A stretch of DNA of 64,000 nucleotides from an uncultured Planctomycetia bacterium (GTDB lineage: Bacteria > Omnitrophota > Gorgyraeia > 2-02-FULL-51-18): the NCBI GenBank assembly GCA_964431835.1, contig CAYSKO010000009.1, forward strand, positions 8,330 to 72,329. The letters run 5' to 3'. The translations under genes were made by a program, and so were the position numbers. Under the pieces are notes generated by a model, which did not search any database, had not been told where the DNA came from, and worked only from the letters and a program-made list of their open reading frames with translations. How positions within the stretch are numbered: position 1 is the first letter of the stretch; each line of letters opens with the position of its first letter. Shown in pieces: positions 28,701 to 43,700 of the stretch.

Positions 28701-31700
28701 CGGCGCGCGGCACGATGACGTCTTTCGGCGTCACCGGCCGCGTCGACGAGAGCACGGCGATCGTCGACGCGAAAGGCAAGAGCTTCTCGTTCTTCGAGCT
28801 CGTGCGCCTCGCCGAGGTCAATCAGGACCTTTACTTCGACGTCTCCTACGTCGAGATCGGCGGCGTCCGCACCGCCTCCCAGATCCGCATCCTCTCCGAC
28901 CTGTCGTCCTCTCTCAGCATGTCGTCCGAGCTCGAGCTTCTCGACGTGACGAATTCCAAGGTGAAGCTGAACGGCATCGAGTTCAAGGTGGTCGCGAACA
29001 CCGCCGTCACCGACCACGCGGGCAACGTGATCACATGGGCCGAGTTCCAGGCCCGCGTCGCCCGCAATGAGATCGATACCATCACGACGCTCGTCCGGGT
29101 CGCCTCGCTCCGCCTGCCGGACGGCACGTTCCAGGCCACCGCGCTCCAGATCCTCACGAAGCCGGTCGACGCTGAACAGACCCTGACCGAGACCGTCCAA
29201 GCGCTCGACACCGTGAACCGGAAGATCACGCTGAAGGGCGTCGCCCACTCGCTCACGGCCGACTTTAAACTCACCGATCCGGCGGGCGCCGAGAAATCCC
29301 TCTCGGATCTGAAGGCCCTGATGGCCGCCAACGCCCTCCGCGGCATCTCGACGACGATCCGCGCCGAGATGGTGAAGATCGGCGCGGAATGGAAGATCGC
29401 CTCGGCGGTCCTTTATACCGCGATGTCGCGCTCCGTGACCGATCGCGGCAACTCGCCCGATTCGTACGTGAACTCCGAGATCACGATCGTCGGCGAGAAG
29501 ATTCTGGTCCGCGGCGTGGAATTCACCGCGGAGAGCGGGATCGAGATCTTCGACGTCACGGGCGCGCCGGTCTCATGGGCGGAGCTTAAGCGTCTCCAGG
29601 CCCGCGACGCGGGGAACGGCATCCCGACGTACGCCCGCATGACTATCTCCGCCGAAGACCCGTGGAAGGTCATCGACATCCAGCTCTCGAGCGACGCGTT
29701 CGATCAGTTCTCCGGCAAGCTTTCGCAGGTGGATTTGAACGCGAACACGATCAAAGTCCGCGGCGAACCCGTGAGCGTCGTAGGCGTGCCGATCGTGGGT
29801 GGTGATTTCGGAGAAACGGTCTCGCTCGAGGACCTTTCCGACTGGATCGCCAACGATCCGCGCAAGCTGGTCGCGGCGATCGACGTCGGCGTCGACGAGA
29901 AACTGCTCGCCCTCACCGTCGACGGGACCCTCACTCAGGTCGCGACGGGATGCCGCGTCTACATGGCGAGCGGCGAAGAGATCACCACCGCCGACTTCGT
30001 GAATTACCACACCACCAATCAGATCCTCGGCAAGGACGTCTACGTGAAGGTCACGAAGGACGCCCAAGGCCGCGCGATCCGCCTCGACATCCGCGAGATC
30101 CGCCCGGGCCTCTTCGCCGACGTCAAGGCCGAGAAGGCCGCCGGCCAGTGGATCGCCAAGAAGGTCACCCTCCGCCAGGTCGAAGAGTTGCAGGTCGAGC
30201 GCGTGAACTACTTCGCGCTGACCGAAGCGACCGTTTCCGTCGGCGGCGTCCGCGTGACGGTCGACCCGACCACGGCTCTCACCGACAACACGGACCCCAA
30301 CGATCCGAAGGCGATGACGCTCGAACAGCTCGCCCACCGGATCTTAAACGACAGACGTCTCCAGTTCGAGGTGAAGACCGGCGATCCCCTGAAGCCGGCT
30401 CTCTCTGGAAGCCTCGTTTTCGGGGGTGAATTGACCGTCGACAACGTGACCAAGCAAGCCATCATTGACGGCGTCACCGCGTATCTGGCCGCGGAAGTGG
30501 CCGGCGGCCGGAAGACTCAGACCGCGATGGATTCCATCGTGAAATGGCTCCAGAAGCAGGACAGCCACTTCGGCATCAGCGCGTTCAGCGCCATGTCCAT
30601 CTTCACGAACCGCGTGGCCGGCGGCCTGCCGTCCCTGGTCAGTCTCGCGACCGAGACGATCGTCCGCGACATCGCCAAAGGCCTCATCCCCGACACGCCG
30701 AATTCGCGCGAACAGCTCCTTATCTCGTTCGAGGCGCTCAAGGAAGAGATCGCCGAACGCGCGGGCGCCCAGATCCACGCGTACAACATCGGCTTCTCCG
30801 AATTCAAGAATCTCCTCGCGGCCGGCGCCAAGCTCCTCGTTCACATGGGCGACGACCACTACATCACGGTCGACGAATACGACGCCGAAAACGACCAGAT
30901 CTGGTTCTACGAGGACAACCGCCGCGTCAGCGTCAGCGCCCACTATTTCCTCACCCTGTGGGACGGCAACGTCCTTTCCGGCACGCGCCCCCTCACCGGC
31001 GAATCCCTGACGGCCCAGCAGCAGCGTGCGATCCGCGGCGCCGGCCCCGGAATTTGGCAGGGCTACGGCTGGCTCCCGAACTGGGGCGGCGGCTGGCGCA
31101 ACCTGCACTATTGGGGCGCGCTCCCGAACTCGGTCCCGCTCAAGATGCGCGTCACGTCCTACGGCTATACGAAGCGCGACCTTCCTTCCGGTTCGCCTGC
31201 GATCTTCGACCACGTCTGGACCGTGGTCAAAGACTATAAAGAACGCCAGGACCGCCTCTCCGGCGACGAGCAGATCGGCGAGTACGAGCGCCCGCAGGAA
31301 CCCAACGACCGCCAGGAAGACTTCGTCAAGCGTATCTACATGCGTCCCGAAGCCGAATGGCAGGCCGACAACATCGACGACCAGGAATTCGGCCGCATCG
31401 TCGTGTACTGGACGAAGGACACGAACGGCCGCTTCACCGAGCCGGGCGTCGTCATCCATATGGACAGCGCAGGCAACGCGATCAAGGTCATCAAGAACAA
31501 CAACCGCTATCAGTGGGATCCGATGAACGGCTTCATCGACGCGGGCGGCTCCGAGCTCGGTTTCGAGATCGACGCGATCGGTCTCAAACTGGACGAGCGC
31601 GCCGATCCGGCCGGCGGCCCGGACGTCGACACGTACGTTCCGCTCAACCAGAACATCATGAACGACACGTACGACAACCAGCTGCGCCACAACGTCGTCG

Positions 31701-34700
31701 GTTCGCTGACGCTGTACCAAAAGGCCCGGGACGAACACGAGTCCGGCCGCTGGGACGCCTCGTACGCCCTGAAAGACGACTTCATGACGTACCTCGAGAC
31801 GGCCGACGAGTCCAAGAAAGACACGACGGTCCAGTATTGGAACGACGTCAACGCCAAGCTCGAAGCCTTCGGCGACGGGATGGTGAACCCGTGGAACCAG
31901 CTCATGCGCGAGTCCAAGGAATCGGTCGGGCAGTTCGCCACGAACGCGAACGCGCTCATCGAGGAGATGAAGGCCGCCTGGGAAGAACGCTGGCACGTCG
32001 CGCTCTTCCAGCATTTCTACACCGGCGAGCCGGGCGACAACGCCGGCAATATCCTCGCAAATTCCACCGAGATCGCCCCGTTCAAGGCGACCTCCCAACA
32101 GGTCAAGGATTGGATCAAACTGTACAAGATCCTCAAGAAACACGCGTCCTTCGAGTTCGTGAAGCCCTGGGAAGCGCTCAAGACCCACGTCACCGACAAT
32201 ATGGATCTCTCGAAGACCAAAGGCCACTTCGACGCGATGGCGACCGACATCGTGAGCGATCTCACGACGCAGCGCACCGCGCTCCTTTCCCTCATCAACA
32301 CGGATTTCGTTACCGACATCGACACCTACCGCGAGAACGTCCAGAAATCGCTCGACGAGATCGAGAAGATCCTCGGCAACAAGGGCGCCGCCGCCGACAA
32401 AGGCAAGCTCTTCACGAAGAACGCAGACCCCCTGGAATGGGATGTCGATCTACCCGGCGCGCTCAATGCGGACGTCAAGCGGCAGCTCGAAGACACGCGC
32501 ACAGCACTCAACGAAATTCTCGGCGAAAACGCCGGCGGGTACGACATCTTGAAGACGATCAAGACGAAGATGCACGACGACACGATCCAGAAGGCGGCCG
32601 ACATGCTCGGCGAGAGCAAAGGCGCCGGCACGGGTCTCGTGAAGACGGTGAAGGACGCGATCGGGGAGATGAAGACCCGCTACACGAGCTTCCGCGACGA
32701 TCTTCTTTCGAAGATCAACGCGGTCCTCACCGTCGCGAACACGATCAACAACCCGAACTTTGTCCTCATCAAGGTCGCTAACGTGCACTCCGAATGGCCA
32801 CACCCGCGCCCGCCGCGCCTCAACGGCGTGGGCGGCGGCACGATCGCCAACGGCGTATGGGTCCACACGCAGGATTTCGGCCCGGGCTGCGACGATGTTC
32901 ACTGGGAAGAGGAAGTGGTCGCCAAGGGCAGCATCGAGCTCGACTTCGCGGGCCTGAATCAGGTGAAGAATTATTTCGACGCCATCAAGGGTTTCGAGGG
33001 AATCGACACGCAGGATCTGATCCAGGACCTCACCGACAGCTATCAGAAGATCACGACGAAGGCCGCGCAGGAGCTGAAGACGGCCGCGACCATGGAATTC
33101 GAGGCCCGCAAGACCCTCAACAAAGCCGACCGCGACCTGACGAAGCACCTTGGCGAGGCGATCGTGAAGCGGAACGCGGCCTACGACGAGCTCAGCCAGG
33201 AGCTCTTGATCGAAAAAGATCTCGTGAAATTCGCAGACCAGATGATCGACGAGTCGAATTCGGACGAGCGCCAGAATCCGGCCAAGGCCAACGACTTCGA
33301 GCAGTTCGCCACCAAGAGCAAGATGTGGGACGACCGCAAGGCCGAGCTCGAGAAGGCCGAGGCCTCGCTCATCAAGGTCAGGGGCTGGCTCGACGAGGAC
33401 AAGCTTTTCGGGATCAATGCCCGCGGACAGAAGATTCTCGACGACGCGTTCTGGCAGAACAACATCAAGGGCGAAAAGGGCGGCATTTTCACGAGGGCCG
33501 TCGACCCGCTTCACTCGAAAATCGGCGTGATGGGCCGCGAAAAGCTCGGTATCCTTTTCTCCACGAAGGGGATCTTCGAAGGCACAGACGGCGTCATGGG
33601 CGGGACGCAAGCGGACAGCACCGTATCGGTTCTGTGGGATTTCGCGGACCGTCTCGCGTCGACGGCGTACCAGTCACGTAATTTCTTAACGGCGCTCCGC
33701 GGCGCCCGCGGCGAGCATCTGGACGGCTCCCTGAACAAGGTCGATCCGCCGAAGGGCACCTCGCCGATCCAAATTCGCATCCTCAACCACATGCACTCCG
33801 GGCCGCGCGTGCCCACGGAAACGGTCCCCGATCCGTCGGACTCGAAAAAGACCATCACGCGCCCGATCCCGATGTATTGGGAGAAAAAGATCGCCCGGAC
33901 CGCGGACCGCCTCCAGCGCTATTTGGAGGGCACGGTCCCCGAAGGCAGTAGCCTGCCGGTATTCGCTACGATCGTCGATCCCTTCGACGCGAAGAAAGAA
34001 CTGAGGAAACAGCCGACGGCCCGCCAGCGCTACTTCGCGGACGCCCGGAAGGCTTCGTGGAAGTACGTGGGTCTTTATAAGGGCCCGGACACCGAAAACA
34101 AGTATTACGACCCCTATTTCGACACCGGCTTCAGCAACGATTACAAGGACCCGGTGCTGCCGCCGCTCCTCAACGCCGGCACGGACGAGCGCCAGAGCCT
34201 CGTCAATGCGGACCCGTACAAGATTGGCCTCACGGGCAAGCAGGTGGTCCACAAGGCGAAGACCAACGACGCGCGCAACTTCGACAACGACGACTGGTTC
34301 GGCTACTACGGCTGGAACCGCGACGAATCCGTGATCGACGCGTTCAAGACGCGCGACATCGACAGCTTCAAGCGCCTCAAGACGGCGTACCACGTCGATA
34401 CCCGAAAGTATGTGGAAGACACGAAGAAGGCCCAGGAGCAGGGCGCCGATAAGCAGTTCCAGGACAACATGCTTCGGACCGACACCTGGAACAACTTCGT
34501 GGTCCAACAGGCGGTGTTCAACAAGAACAAAGCGCTTCTGCGCCTTCAGTATCAGGAGGCCAACACCAAACGCGGCTTCGTCGTCTCGCTTCAGAGCTCG
34601 GTGAAGACCTTCTATAAAGCGTATGCGGCCATGCGCCAGCAGTTCGACCCGAGCTACACGCTTCCGGCCGCCGTTCAGCTGGCGCTTAACCGCAACGTCG

Positions 34701-37700
34701 CGACGTTCAACACGACGAGCATCGGGATGCTCGATACGTACCTCGCGCAGTACGAGGCGCTCTACAATCAAGGCACTTCGGTCATGGGTACCATCAAGGT
34801 TGGTGGCATGAACATCGGGTCGATCGAGGCGGCCCTCAATCGCGCGGGTCAGGGCATGCAGGAAGGCGCGGGACAGAGCGCCAAGGGCTATGCGAAGTCC
34901 ATGTCGAAGCTCGCCCAGAGCCGCCAGCAGACGTGGCAGGGCTATTACCAGCAGATGGACGAAATCCAGACCAAATACCAGGCTGCGGTGAACCTCGCGA
35001 AGGAAAACAAGACCAACACGTACGCCGACGCGAGGTACGGTTGGATGACGATCACCGACGCGCTCGGTGGCGCCGGCGCCGCTGGCAAGGCGAAGAACGC
35101 CGACGAGTGGGGCATCGTCTCGAAGCTCATGACGAACATCGAGGACGACATGGCCAAAGCTGCCGGCGACGACAAGAAGATCGCTTCGTGGTGGAACCGC
35201 ATGATCAACAACAACCATTCGGACAACACGAAGCAGTTCTGGTTCAGCGGCTTCACGCCGACGGCAGGCACCGGCGGCGACATCCTCGGCGCGGACTCGG
35301 CCACGAAGGCGTACATGGCGGTGACCCGGCAGTTCCAGAAATGGCAGATTGGCGACCTCGAGACGAAGGTAACCGAAGGCGGCGCGGAGAAAAACTACAT
35401 CCGCCACCGCGACGCGTCGCTCGAAAATCTCGAGGCGAACCTCCTGACCGAAGGCTACCAGTGGAAGGAAGTCCAGGACAAGCGCGCGACGGTCCTCCAG
35501 CGTGCGTCGGGCGCCGACTCGATCTTCCTCAACAATTTCTACGGCACGCAGACGCTCGCCGAAGCCGCGCAGGTCGCCAACCGGTTCAATGGCATGATCG
35601 ACGGCCTCACGATGCACCTCATCGGACAGGCGAAGGGGAAGGCGTTCTTGAACGTCCAGGTAGCCGACATCAACGACCAGGCCGCCCAGAACAACAACTT
35701 CGCGAACGGCCCGGCGGCCGTGCGTATGCGCAAGGACCGCCGCGGCGTCCTCTCGTTCAACTACGACCGCGAGAGCGGCACGATCCAGATGTCGCGCATG
35801 TTCAAGGGCCGCATCGCGTGGGATGTCCAGCAGAATGCGATCACGGGCCGCGTGAGCGGGTTCACGAACCACACGTACTCGTGGGAGTTCCGCCAGAACG
35901 CCCGGGGCCGTGAGCAGTGGATGCTCCAGGATTCCGCCCAAAGCCACAACGACGCGGGAGCCGCGCAGGGCGATCCGCGCATCACGATGGGCCGCTTCAC
36001 GCTGGACGGCCAGGGCAACTTCAAATTCATCAACGTGGCCTTCAAGCAGGACGGCCACATCGTGACGAGCTTCACGACCGGGACACAGCAGCGCGCGGAC
36101 GGCGTCAACGTTACGGTCACGAGCTATTTCCGCGGCTGGATCGACGGAAACGGCCGCATCAAGGATGAAAAGATCATCGGTCAGCAGCACGACGACGGGC
36201 TCGGAAACGCCGACTCCATCAGCTTCGCGCGGGCGTCCCACAGCGGCGACAGCTACACGCTCCGCTTCATCAACGGCGCGCGCGCCGGGGACAGCGAACG
36301 CCACATCGTGAGCCACTCGTACTACCTCGTGCGCGACACATTCGGCAATCTCCTTCGCGTGAAGCGCAAGAACGAACGCATCGAGGCTGTGAACACGCAC
36401 TTCGTCGACCCGTCCGACAACCGGAACCGCGTCACCACGCAGGTCACGGTCACTCTCAGCACGACAAACGCGCAAGGCATCTCGATCTCGACGACGTTCG
36501 CAGGCGGCGAGCGGGTGAGCGGCGGGATGGCAAACCGGTTCTTCAACACCGCCGGCCGCCAGCTGATCGCACTCGACGGCTATTACGCAAACGAGCGCTC
36601 TCTCCGCGGCACGTTCCAGAACTTCTCCAATGCCGGCTTCCAGAGCGTGAACATCAGCCTGGGGAGCGTCACTTACGGCTCTCAGCGCGGCTCGAACGCC
36701 ATCCAGGTTTCGACCACGACGCTTTCAGCCGACGGCACCGTTGTGAACGCGAGCTTCGGCGTAGGCCGCGGCCTGAACATGAACACGCTCCTGGGCACCC
36801 TCCAGAACCAGATTGGTGGCACGGACACGGCGAACGCGGCGAACCAACTTGCGTTCATGACGCAGTTCAACAACACGAATCTCTATGCGGGCTTGCAGGC
36901 CACGTTCCGAAACGCCGCCGGCGTCGAGATGTTCCGCCTGGCGCCGACGAACAACCGAGTCGAACACCGAGAGGTCGGACACGACAATGCCGGTCGCAAT
37001 GCCGTAGCCTGGGTGGGTGGAACCGTCGGCGGCAACGACGCGCTCGCAAACGGAGCGAAATTCAGAAACGACATGGCGGCCCTGAATCTCAACGACAATA
37101 CTGCCCGTTTAGCATTCATGAAGACGTTCGAAGCCGGCTCGGAATTCGTTGCTGGCGGAGCCGCGGCCAACGAGCAGCGACGTACAGGCGGGTTCACGCT
37201 TGAAGTGACCTTCTTCGCGAGCCGCCTGGAGGCGCAGATGGCGCCGCAGAACTTCCGTATCGCCGGCACGGAAGCCGAGGTCGAATACCAGCAGTTCGGA
37301 CGCGGCTCCGACGGCACTGTCATGGCCACGTGGGTCGGGCGCGACGAAGCCAACGGCAGAAACGCCCTCCAGAACGGCGCCGCGATGGCCGCCGCCGCCA
37401 GCGTCACCAACCTTTCTACGAGCGCACGCCGAGAGGCTTTCCTGAAGCAGTTCGAGACGCCTGCGATCCGTCTCCGCGATCTTCTGGGCCCGGCGGCGGC
37501 GCTGGCAGCGGCCTTCGGCCTCCCGGTCGACATGCAGATCCGCCGCGGCGGGTTCTCAGTCCAGGCAAGTTTCGAGAAACGCAACAGCGCGGGCTCCGTC
37601 TTGGGCGGCGCCGCCGAACAGATGCGTATCCAGGGCGGCGGCTCGCAGGTCGAAGTCTTCCGCGTTTCGACCAGCCGCGACGGCACCGTCGTGAGCGCGT

Positions 37701-40700
37701 GGCTCGGCCGTACCGAAGGGCCCGCGGGGACCGGCCGCACGGCCGTCGAGAACGGAACGACCTTTACGACCGCTGTCGGCGCGCGCGGTACTGATCTTTC
37801 GACGGCGGCACAGCGTGAGACGTTCCTGCGCACTTTCGAGTCGCGCCTCGTGCCCCCGCCCCCGGGCGCCGGCGTCCAAGCGCGGCAGGGCTTCGGCAAC
37901 AATCAGGCCTTCCGTGTCGGCGGCATGGCGGTGCAGGTTACCTTCGAGCGCGGCTTTAGCAACACCGACGTGATGCGCATCAGTGGCCAGCAGGGACAGG
38001 TCGAGGTGCAGCGCTCAGTCCGCTCGGCGGATGGCACGCAGTCGACGTTCTGGGCGGGCCGCAGCTCCGGGTCCAGCGCCGGGCAGAACGCCTCGCACGC
38101 CGCCGGCGAAGCCCGCCTCGCGACCCTCTCGAGTGGGCCTTTGCGCGAAGCGTTCATCCGCCAGTTCGAAGCGTTCAACTTCTCCCTGAACGCGTCGTTC
38201 GAGAAGAACGGCCAAGCGCAGAATATGCGAATCGCGCAGGCCGGCGCCCGCTTGGAAGTTCAGATCGTCACGGGCGACCAGCACGGCACTATTCTGACCA
38301 CCTGGGTCGCGAGGGGAGACGCGCCCGGTTCGACCGCCCTGGCGAACGCGAGCAGGGTCGCCGCCGACGCGCGCGGCGCCGATCTGCGGACGACCGCAGA
38401 TCGGGAGGCTTTCATCAAAAAGTACGAAGCTCGCGACAACGCGCTTCCTCCGGGGAGCTCGCTGAACGCCCCCGAGCGGGCTCTCTTCCGCACCGGCGGC
38501 TTCGCGGTCCAGGCGACTTTCGAAAGAAACGGTTTCAGCGAACAGATGCGTATCAGCGGGTCCACGGGCCGCCTGGAACTCCTGCGGACGGTCCGCGACC
38601 AATCTGGCACGACCGACGTAAGCGCCTGGATCGGAGAAGGCGGCGGCCGCACGGCGGCCCAGAACGCAAACGATTTCACGACGAAGGCCGCGACCACCGA
38701 TCTTTCCGACTCCACGAAGCGCGAAAATTTCCTCAAAACCTTCGAATCGAAGCTGTCCGGCTTAAATCCCTTGGCACAGGCGTTCCTGGGACTCGTCGGC
38801 GCCGACAACCTTCTATCCGCGCTGGGCGGTTTCTCGATCAACGCGACGTTCGAACGCGAGGGCGTGAGCCAGCAGATGCGCATACAGGGCACCTCGAGCC
38901 AAGTCGAAGTCCAGGTCTTCGTGCGCAGCGGCAACGTCGAGGTCTCGGCGTGGATCGGGCGCAGCGGAGACGCCTCAAGCGCCACCGCGAACGCCAACCT
39001 CTTCGCCAATCGCGCGGCGGCAAGCGACCTCTCCACCCCCGCGCTGCGTGAAACTTTCATGCGCCAGTTCGAATCGACGATGCGTAAGGTCGGTGGGTCC
39101 GCGACCCCCGGGATGCCCGCCGCTCAACAGATGCCGGTCGGCGGATTCTCGGTGATGGCTTCGTTCGAGCAGAACGGTGTGAACCAGCAGATGCGCATCC
39201 AGGGCCAGGGCGCGCAGGTCGAAGTACTCGCCACGGCGCGCGCGCAAGACGGCACGGAGATCTCCGTGTGGGCGGGCCGCTCCGAAGGTCCTGCCGCCGA
39301 GCAGATTTCCGCCGCCGACAAAGCTTCCCGGATTTCGTCTCTCGCCGCGCAGACGGGGCTCACGACCATGGCTTCTCGCGAAGCGTTCATGAAGTCGTTT
39401 GAAGGCGCCCGGTTCTCGGCGAACGCCTCGTTCGAGAAGGACGGCGTCTCCCAATCGATGCGGGTCGGATCTCACGTGGGAGCCGTCGTCGAAGTCCAGG
39501 TCACCGCCAAGAACGCCGCCGGCGTCGTCGTTACCGGCTGGATCCCCCGCACCGCCACCGCTACCGCCACGGAGAACTCCGCCGTGGTCGTCACCGCGGC
39601 GAGCACCGCCAATCTGACCACGACCCGTCAGCGGGTGGCTTTCATGGAGCGCTTCCAGTCCACGCTCCAGCCGATCGGCCCGAACACGCAGGGCCGCGCG
39701 GCGACGGAGCTCGTTCAGACGGGCGGAATTCCGTTCCAAGCCAGCTTCGAGCATCAGGGAATCAGCCAGAACTTCCGCATCACCGGCCCCGGCGCTCGCG
39801 TCGAAATGCAAGTGACCGTCCGTGGCAAAGCCGCAGCCGACGGGACCACCACGGACGTAACCGGCTGGGTCGGCTCGAACCCGGGCGGCGACTTAATCGC
39901 CAATGCCAACGAGCTGGCCAATCGCGCCGCCGCGACCGATCTCAACTCCGTGGCCGCCCGCGTCGCATTCATGCGAACGTTTGAATCGAAGCCGGACCTC
40001 GGCGCGACTCTCGGGGCGGCCATCACCAACCTCCTCACCGGCCAGGGCCTACCGCCGCGCAGCATGGTCCATACGGGCGGCTTCTCTGCGAGCCTCACCT
40101 TCACGATGAACGGCGTCCCGCAGCAGATGCGCGTCATGGGCACGGGCTCCAAGGTCGAAATCTTCACGTCCGTTAAGAACAACGGCGGCACCGTGGTGTC
40201 GGGCTGGATCGGCGGCAACAACACGACGTCTCCCGACCAAGTCGTTTTGAACTTCGCGGCCGCGGCCGAAACCGCCGACCTCTCCACGGGCCCCTTGCGC
40301 GAAACGTTCATGAAGACGTTCGAATCGACCACCGCCGCGGGAACGCGGGCGGAACTCGAAAACCAAGATATGAGCCTCCTGACGCTCGTTCCGCAGGGCG
40401 GTGCGGCTCTGAACGTCACTTTCGAATTGGACGGCGTCACCCAGCAGATGCGCCTCCAGGGCCCCGGCGCGAAAGTCGAAGTTCAGGTGACCGGCCGTTC
40501 CGGCGACGGCACGAATGTCGTCGCGTGGGTCGGTCGCGACAACCGTGGCAACACCGCGGTGGCCAACGCCGACCTCGTTTCGGCCCAGATCGCCGGTTCC
40601 GATCTCGGAAGCGCGCAGACGCGCCTTGCGTTCACGCGCCAGTTCGAAGGTTCGCCGTCGAGCCTCGGCGCCACGAATTCCCTGGGCGTCAGCGAAAACC

Positions 40701-43700
40701 AGCTCTTTGCCAACGGGCGCACCGTGAACATGACGTTCGAAACCAACGGCGTGACCCAGCAGATGCGCATCCAGGGCCCCGGCGCGAAAGCGGAGATCTT
40801 CGTCCAGGCGCGCGGCACCGACGGCACCGAGGTCGGCGCGTGGATCGGCGGTACGACGAGCAACAACGCGTTCGCCATCGGCGGTCCCGACGCGGTCGCC
40901 AACGTCGCCGCGTTTGCCAACGCGGCCGCCGCCACGGACCTCGGCAATTCCGCCAACCGCGAGACGTTCATGCGGACGTTCGAAAGCAAGAATTTCCCGA
41001 TCCAGGCCACCTTCGAAAAGGGCGGTATCACCCAGCAGATGCGCATCCAGGGCCCCGGCTCGCAGGTCGAAGTGCTCGTCCAGACGAAGTCCAAGGACGG
41101 CGTCGTGCTCGGTCTCTGGGTGGGCCGCGGTGCCGGGCAGAGCGCCACTCAGAACGCGGGCACGCTCGCCGCCGAAGCCGCCGACCACGACATGCGGACT
41201 CAGCCCCAGCGCGAAGCGTTCCTCTCACGGTATGTGCGCGAGCCCGCGACGAGCGCCACCGCCCAGGCCCAGGGCTTCAGCCCGAACCAGGTCTTCCCGG
41301 CGGGTTTCTCGGTGAACGCGACGTTCGAACTGAACGGCGTGAGCCAGCAAATGCGCATCCAGGGCCCCGGTTCCAAGGTCGAGATACTCGTTACCGCCAA
41401 GAGCCACGATGGTACCGACACCGCCACGTGGATCGGCGGAGGGAACGGCCTCTCCGCGAGCCAGGTCGGCCGTGCGTTCCAGCTCGCGGTCTCGACGGCC
41501 AATCTCACGACCGCCGCCCAGCGCATCGACTTTATGCGTCCTTACGAGCGCGCCGGCCACGCGGTCAGCGTCACGTTCGAGAAGAACGGCGTGAGCCAGC
41601 AGATGCGCATCACTGGCCCCGGCGCCCAGCTCGAAGTGCAGGTCATGGCCCGCGGCACCGACGGCACGATCGCGACCGCGTGGGTCGGCCGCGGTAATTC
41701 ACGCGACCACGTCGCAAACTTGAACGAATTCGCAAATCTCGCGGCCCGCGCGAACCTCTCCACTCCGGAGCGTCGCGAGGCGTTCCTTCGCCAGTTCGAG
41801 CAGTCGAACGTTCCTCCGCCGTCGGCCGCCGACGTGAACGCCGGCACCGCCAACGGAACGTCGCCGATCACCATCGGGACGGCGGGCACGCGCACGGGCG
41901 CGTCCTACGGCCTCACGGTTACCTTCGAGAAGGACGACATCACCCAGACGATGCGCATCGCGCAGGCGGGCGGGCAGGTCGAAGTCCAGGTGAGCGCCAC
42001 CAGCACGGACGGCACGCGCGTCACCGCGTGGGTCGGTCGCACGAACCGCGAGAGCGCTTCGAGGACGGCCGAGATCGTGGGCGGCTCGATTCAGTCCGCC
42101 GACCTCTCGACCCCCGAGAAACGCCTCGAATTCATGAAAACCTTCGAACGCAACGGCTCCGACCTCACCGGCGATGCCGCGACGACGTTCAACCGCCAGC
42201 GCGGCTTCTCGCTCTCGATGACCTTCGAGAAGGACGGCGTCACCCAGCAGATGCGCATCCAGGGCCACAACCGCGAAGTGCAGGTGTTCGCGCAGTTCCG
42301 CTCGGCGGACGGCGTCCTCTGTGGCGCGTGGGTGGGCGCGGGCCGCGGCGGCGCGAATGCCGTTGCCGCTTCCACGGCGCTCGTTAACGAAGGCACCGCC
42401 GCGAACCTTGCCACGGAAGACCAGCGCGTCTCGTTCCTTCAGGGCTTCGAGGTCGCGCAGGGCGGCGTCGACATCTCGGTCAATTTTGAAGTGGGCGGCG
42501 TGCTTGTGCAGTCGATCCGCATGAACGTCACGCCGCGGGCCGACGCGCAGAACGGCGACCGCAATTTCACGATGACGATCACCGACTACAACCCGAACGG
42601 CACGCCTTCGCGCGAACGCACCACCGAAGGCGTGCTCGTCAACCGGATCCAAGTCACGTACCAGCAGCGCCACGAGGCGTCGGTGAGCCGCGCCATCGGG
42701 GACCAGTTCCGGGCCGCCGGCAGGGGCCTCGCCGGTTTCGTGGCGGGCGGCGGCGTGTCGATCAGCACTGTCGGCCTCGTCACCGGCACTTTCAGGGGCG
42801 GAATGGCTTTCGTCTCCGCCCAACGCGACCCGACAGCCGATTACTACACGACCGAAACGTACATGCAGGACTTGAATCCTCCCGTGTGGGACGCCCGCAC
42901 GACGACGACGCGCGAGTTCACTTACAACCCCGACGGCAGCTCCTCGGTCGACACGACGCGCACAACGCACAACGCAGGCGTTTTCGACCACTACACCGAC
43001 ACCTTCGTTCCCGCGGGCGCCGCCACGACGACGGTCGAACATTCCGAGTACAACGCCGACGGCGACCGCACGCGGATGACCTCGACGACCACGAACCACC
43101 AGAGCGGGCAAGTGACCGAGCAGAACGGGACCGGCGCTCGAGACGCGGCGACCGGCCAGTGGGTCGAGACGATCAATACGACAGTGAGCAACACGCTGGC
43201 CGGCGGCGCCGACGGCACCGCGGCCGATCAGCCGACGAGCCGCACGCGCGACGTGATCCGCTTCGACGCCGACCACCGCGAAGTTTCCCGCACGCACACG
43301 GATGTCAACGCCGCGGGCGTCGAGTCGAACCCCGTGACCACGCAGCGTATCGTGTACAACGACGGCTCGGTCGGCGTGCAGACCACGCGCGGTGCGCTCG
43401 ACGGCCCGCGGACGGTGCACTTCCAGCGCCTCGACGAGAACGGTGCGCTCATCCCAGGTTCGAGCGTCATGCAGGTGTTCGGTGGCGCGGGCAACACGCT
43501 CGCGGCGTACACGATCCAGGTGAACGTGGCCCGTGAAGGACAGCCCCCGCGTTTCGAGGCGCGTTCGACGATCGTGAACCCGAGCGTTACGCTGAACGGG
43601 CAGAACGGGTACATGAGCATCGGCGTCTCGGCGTCGCACCAGCGCGCGATCGACACCTACGGCCTCACTCGGAACGCCAACGGCACCTACAGCAAGGCCG

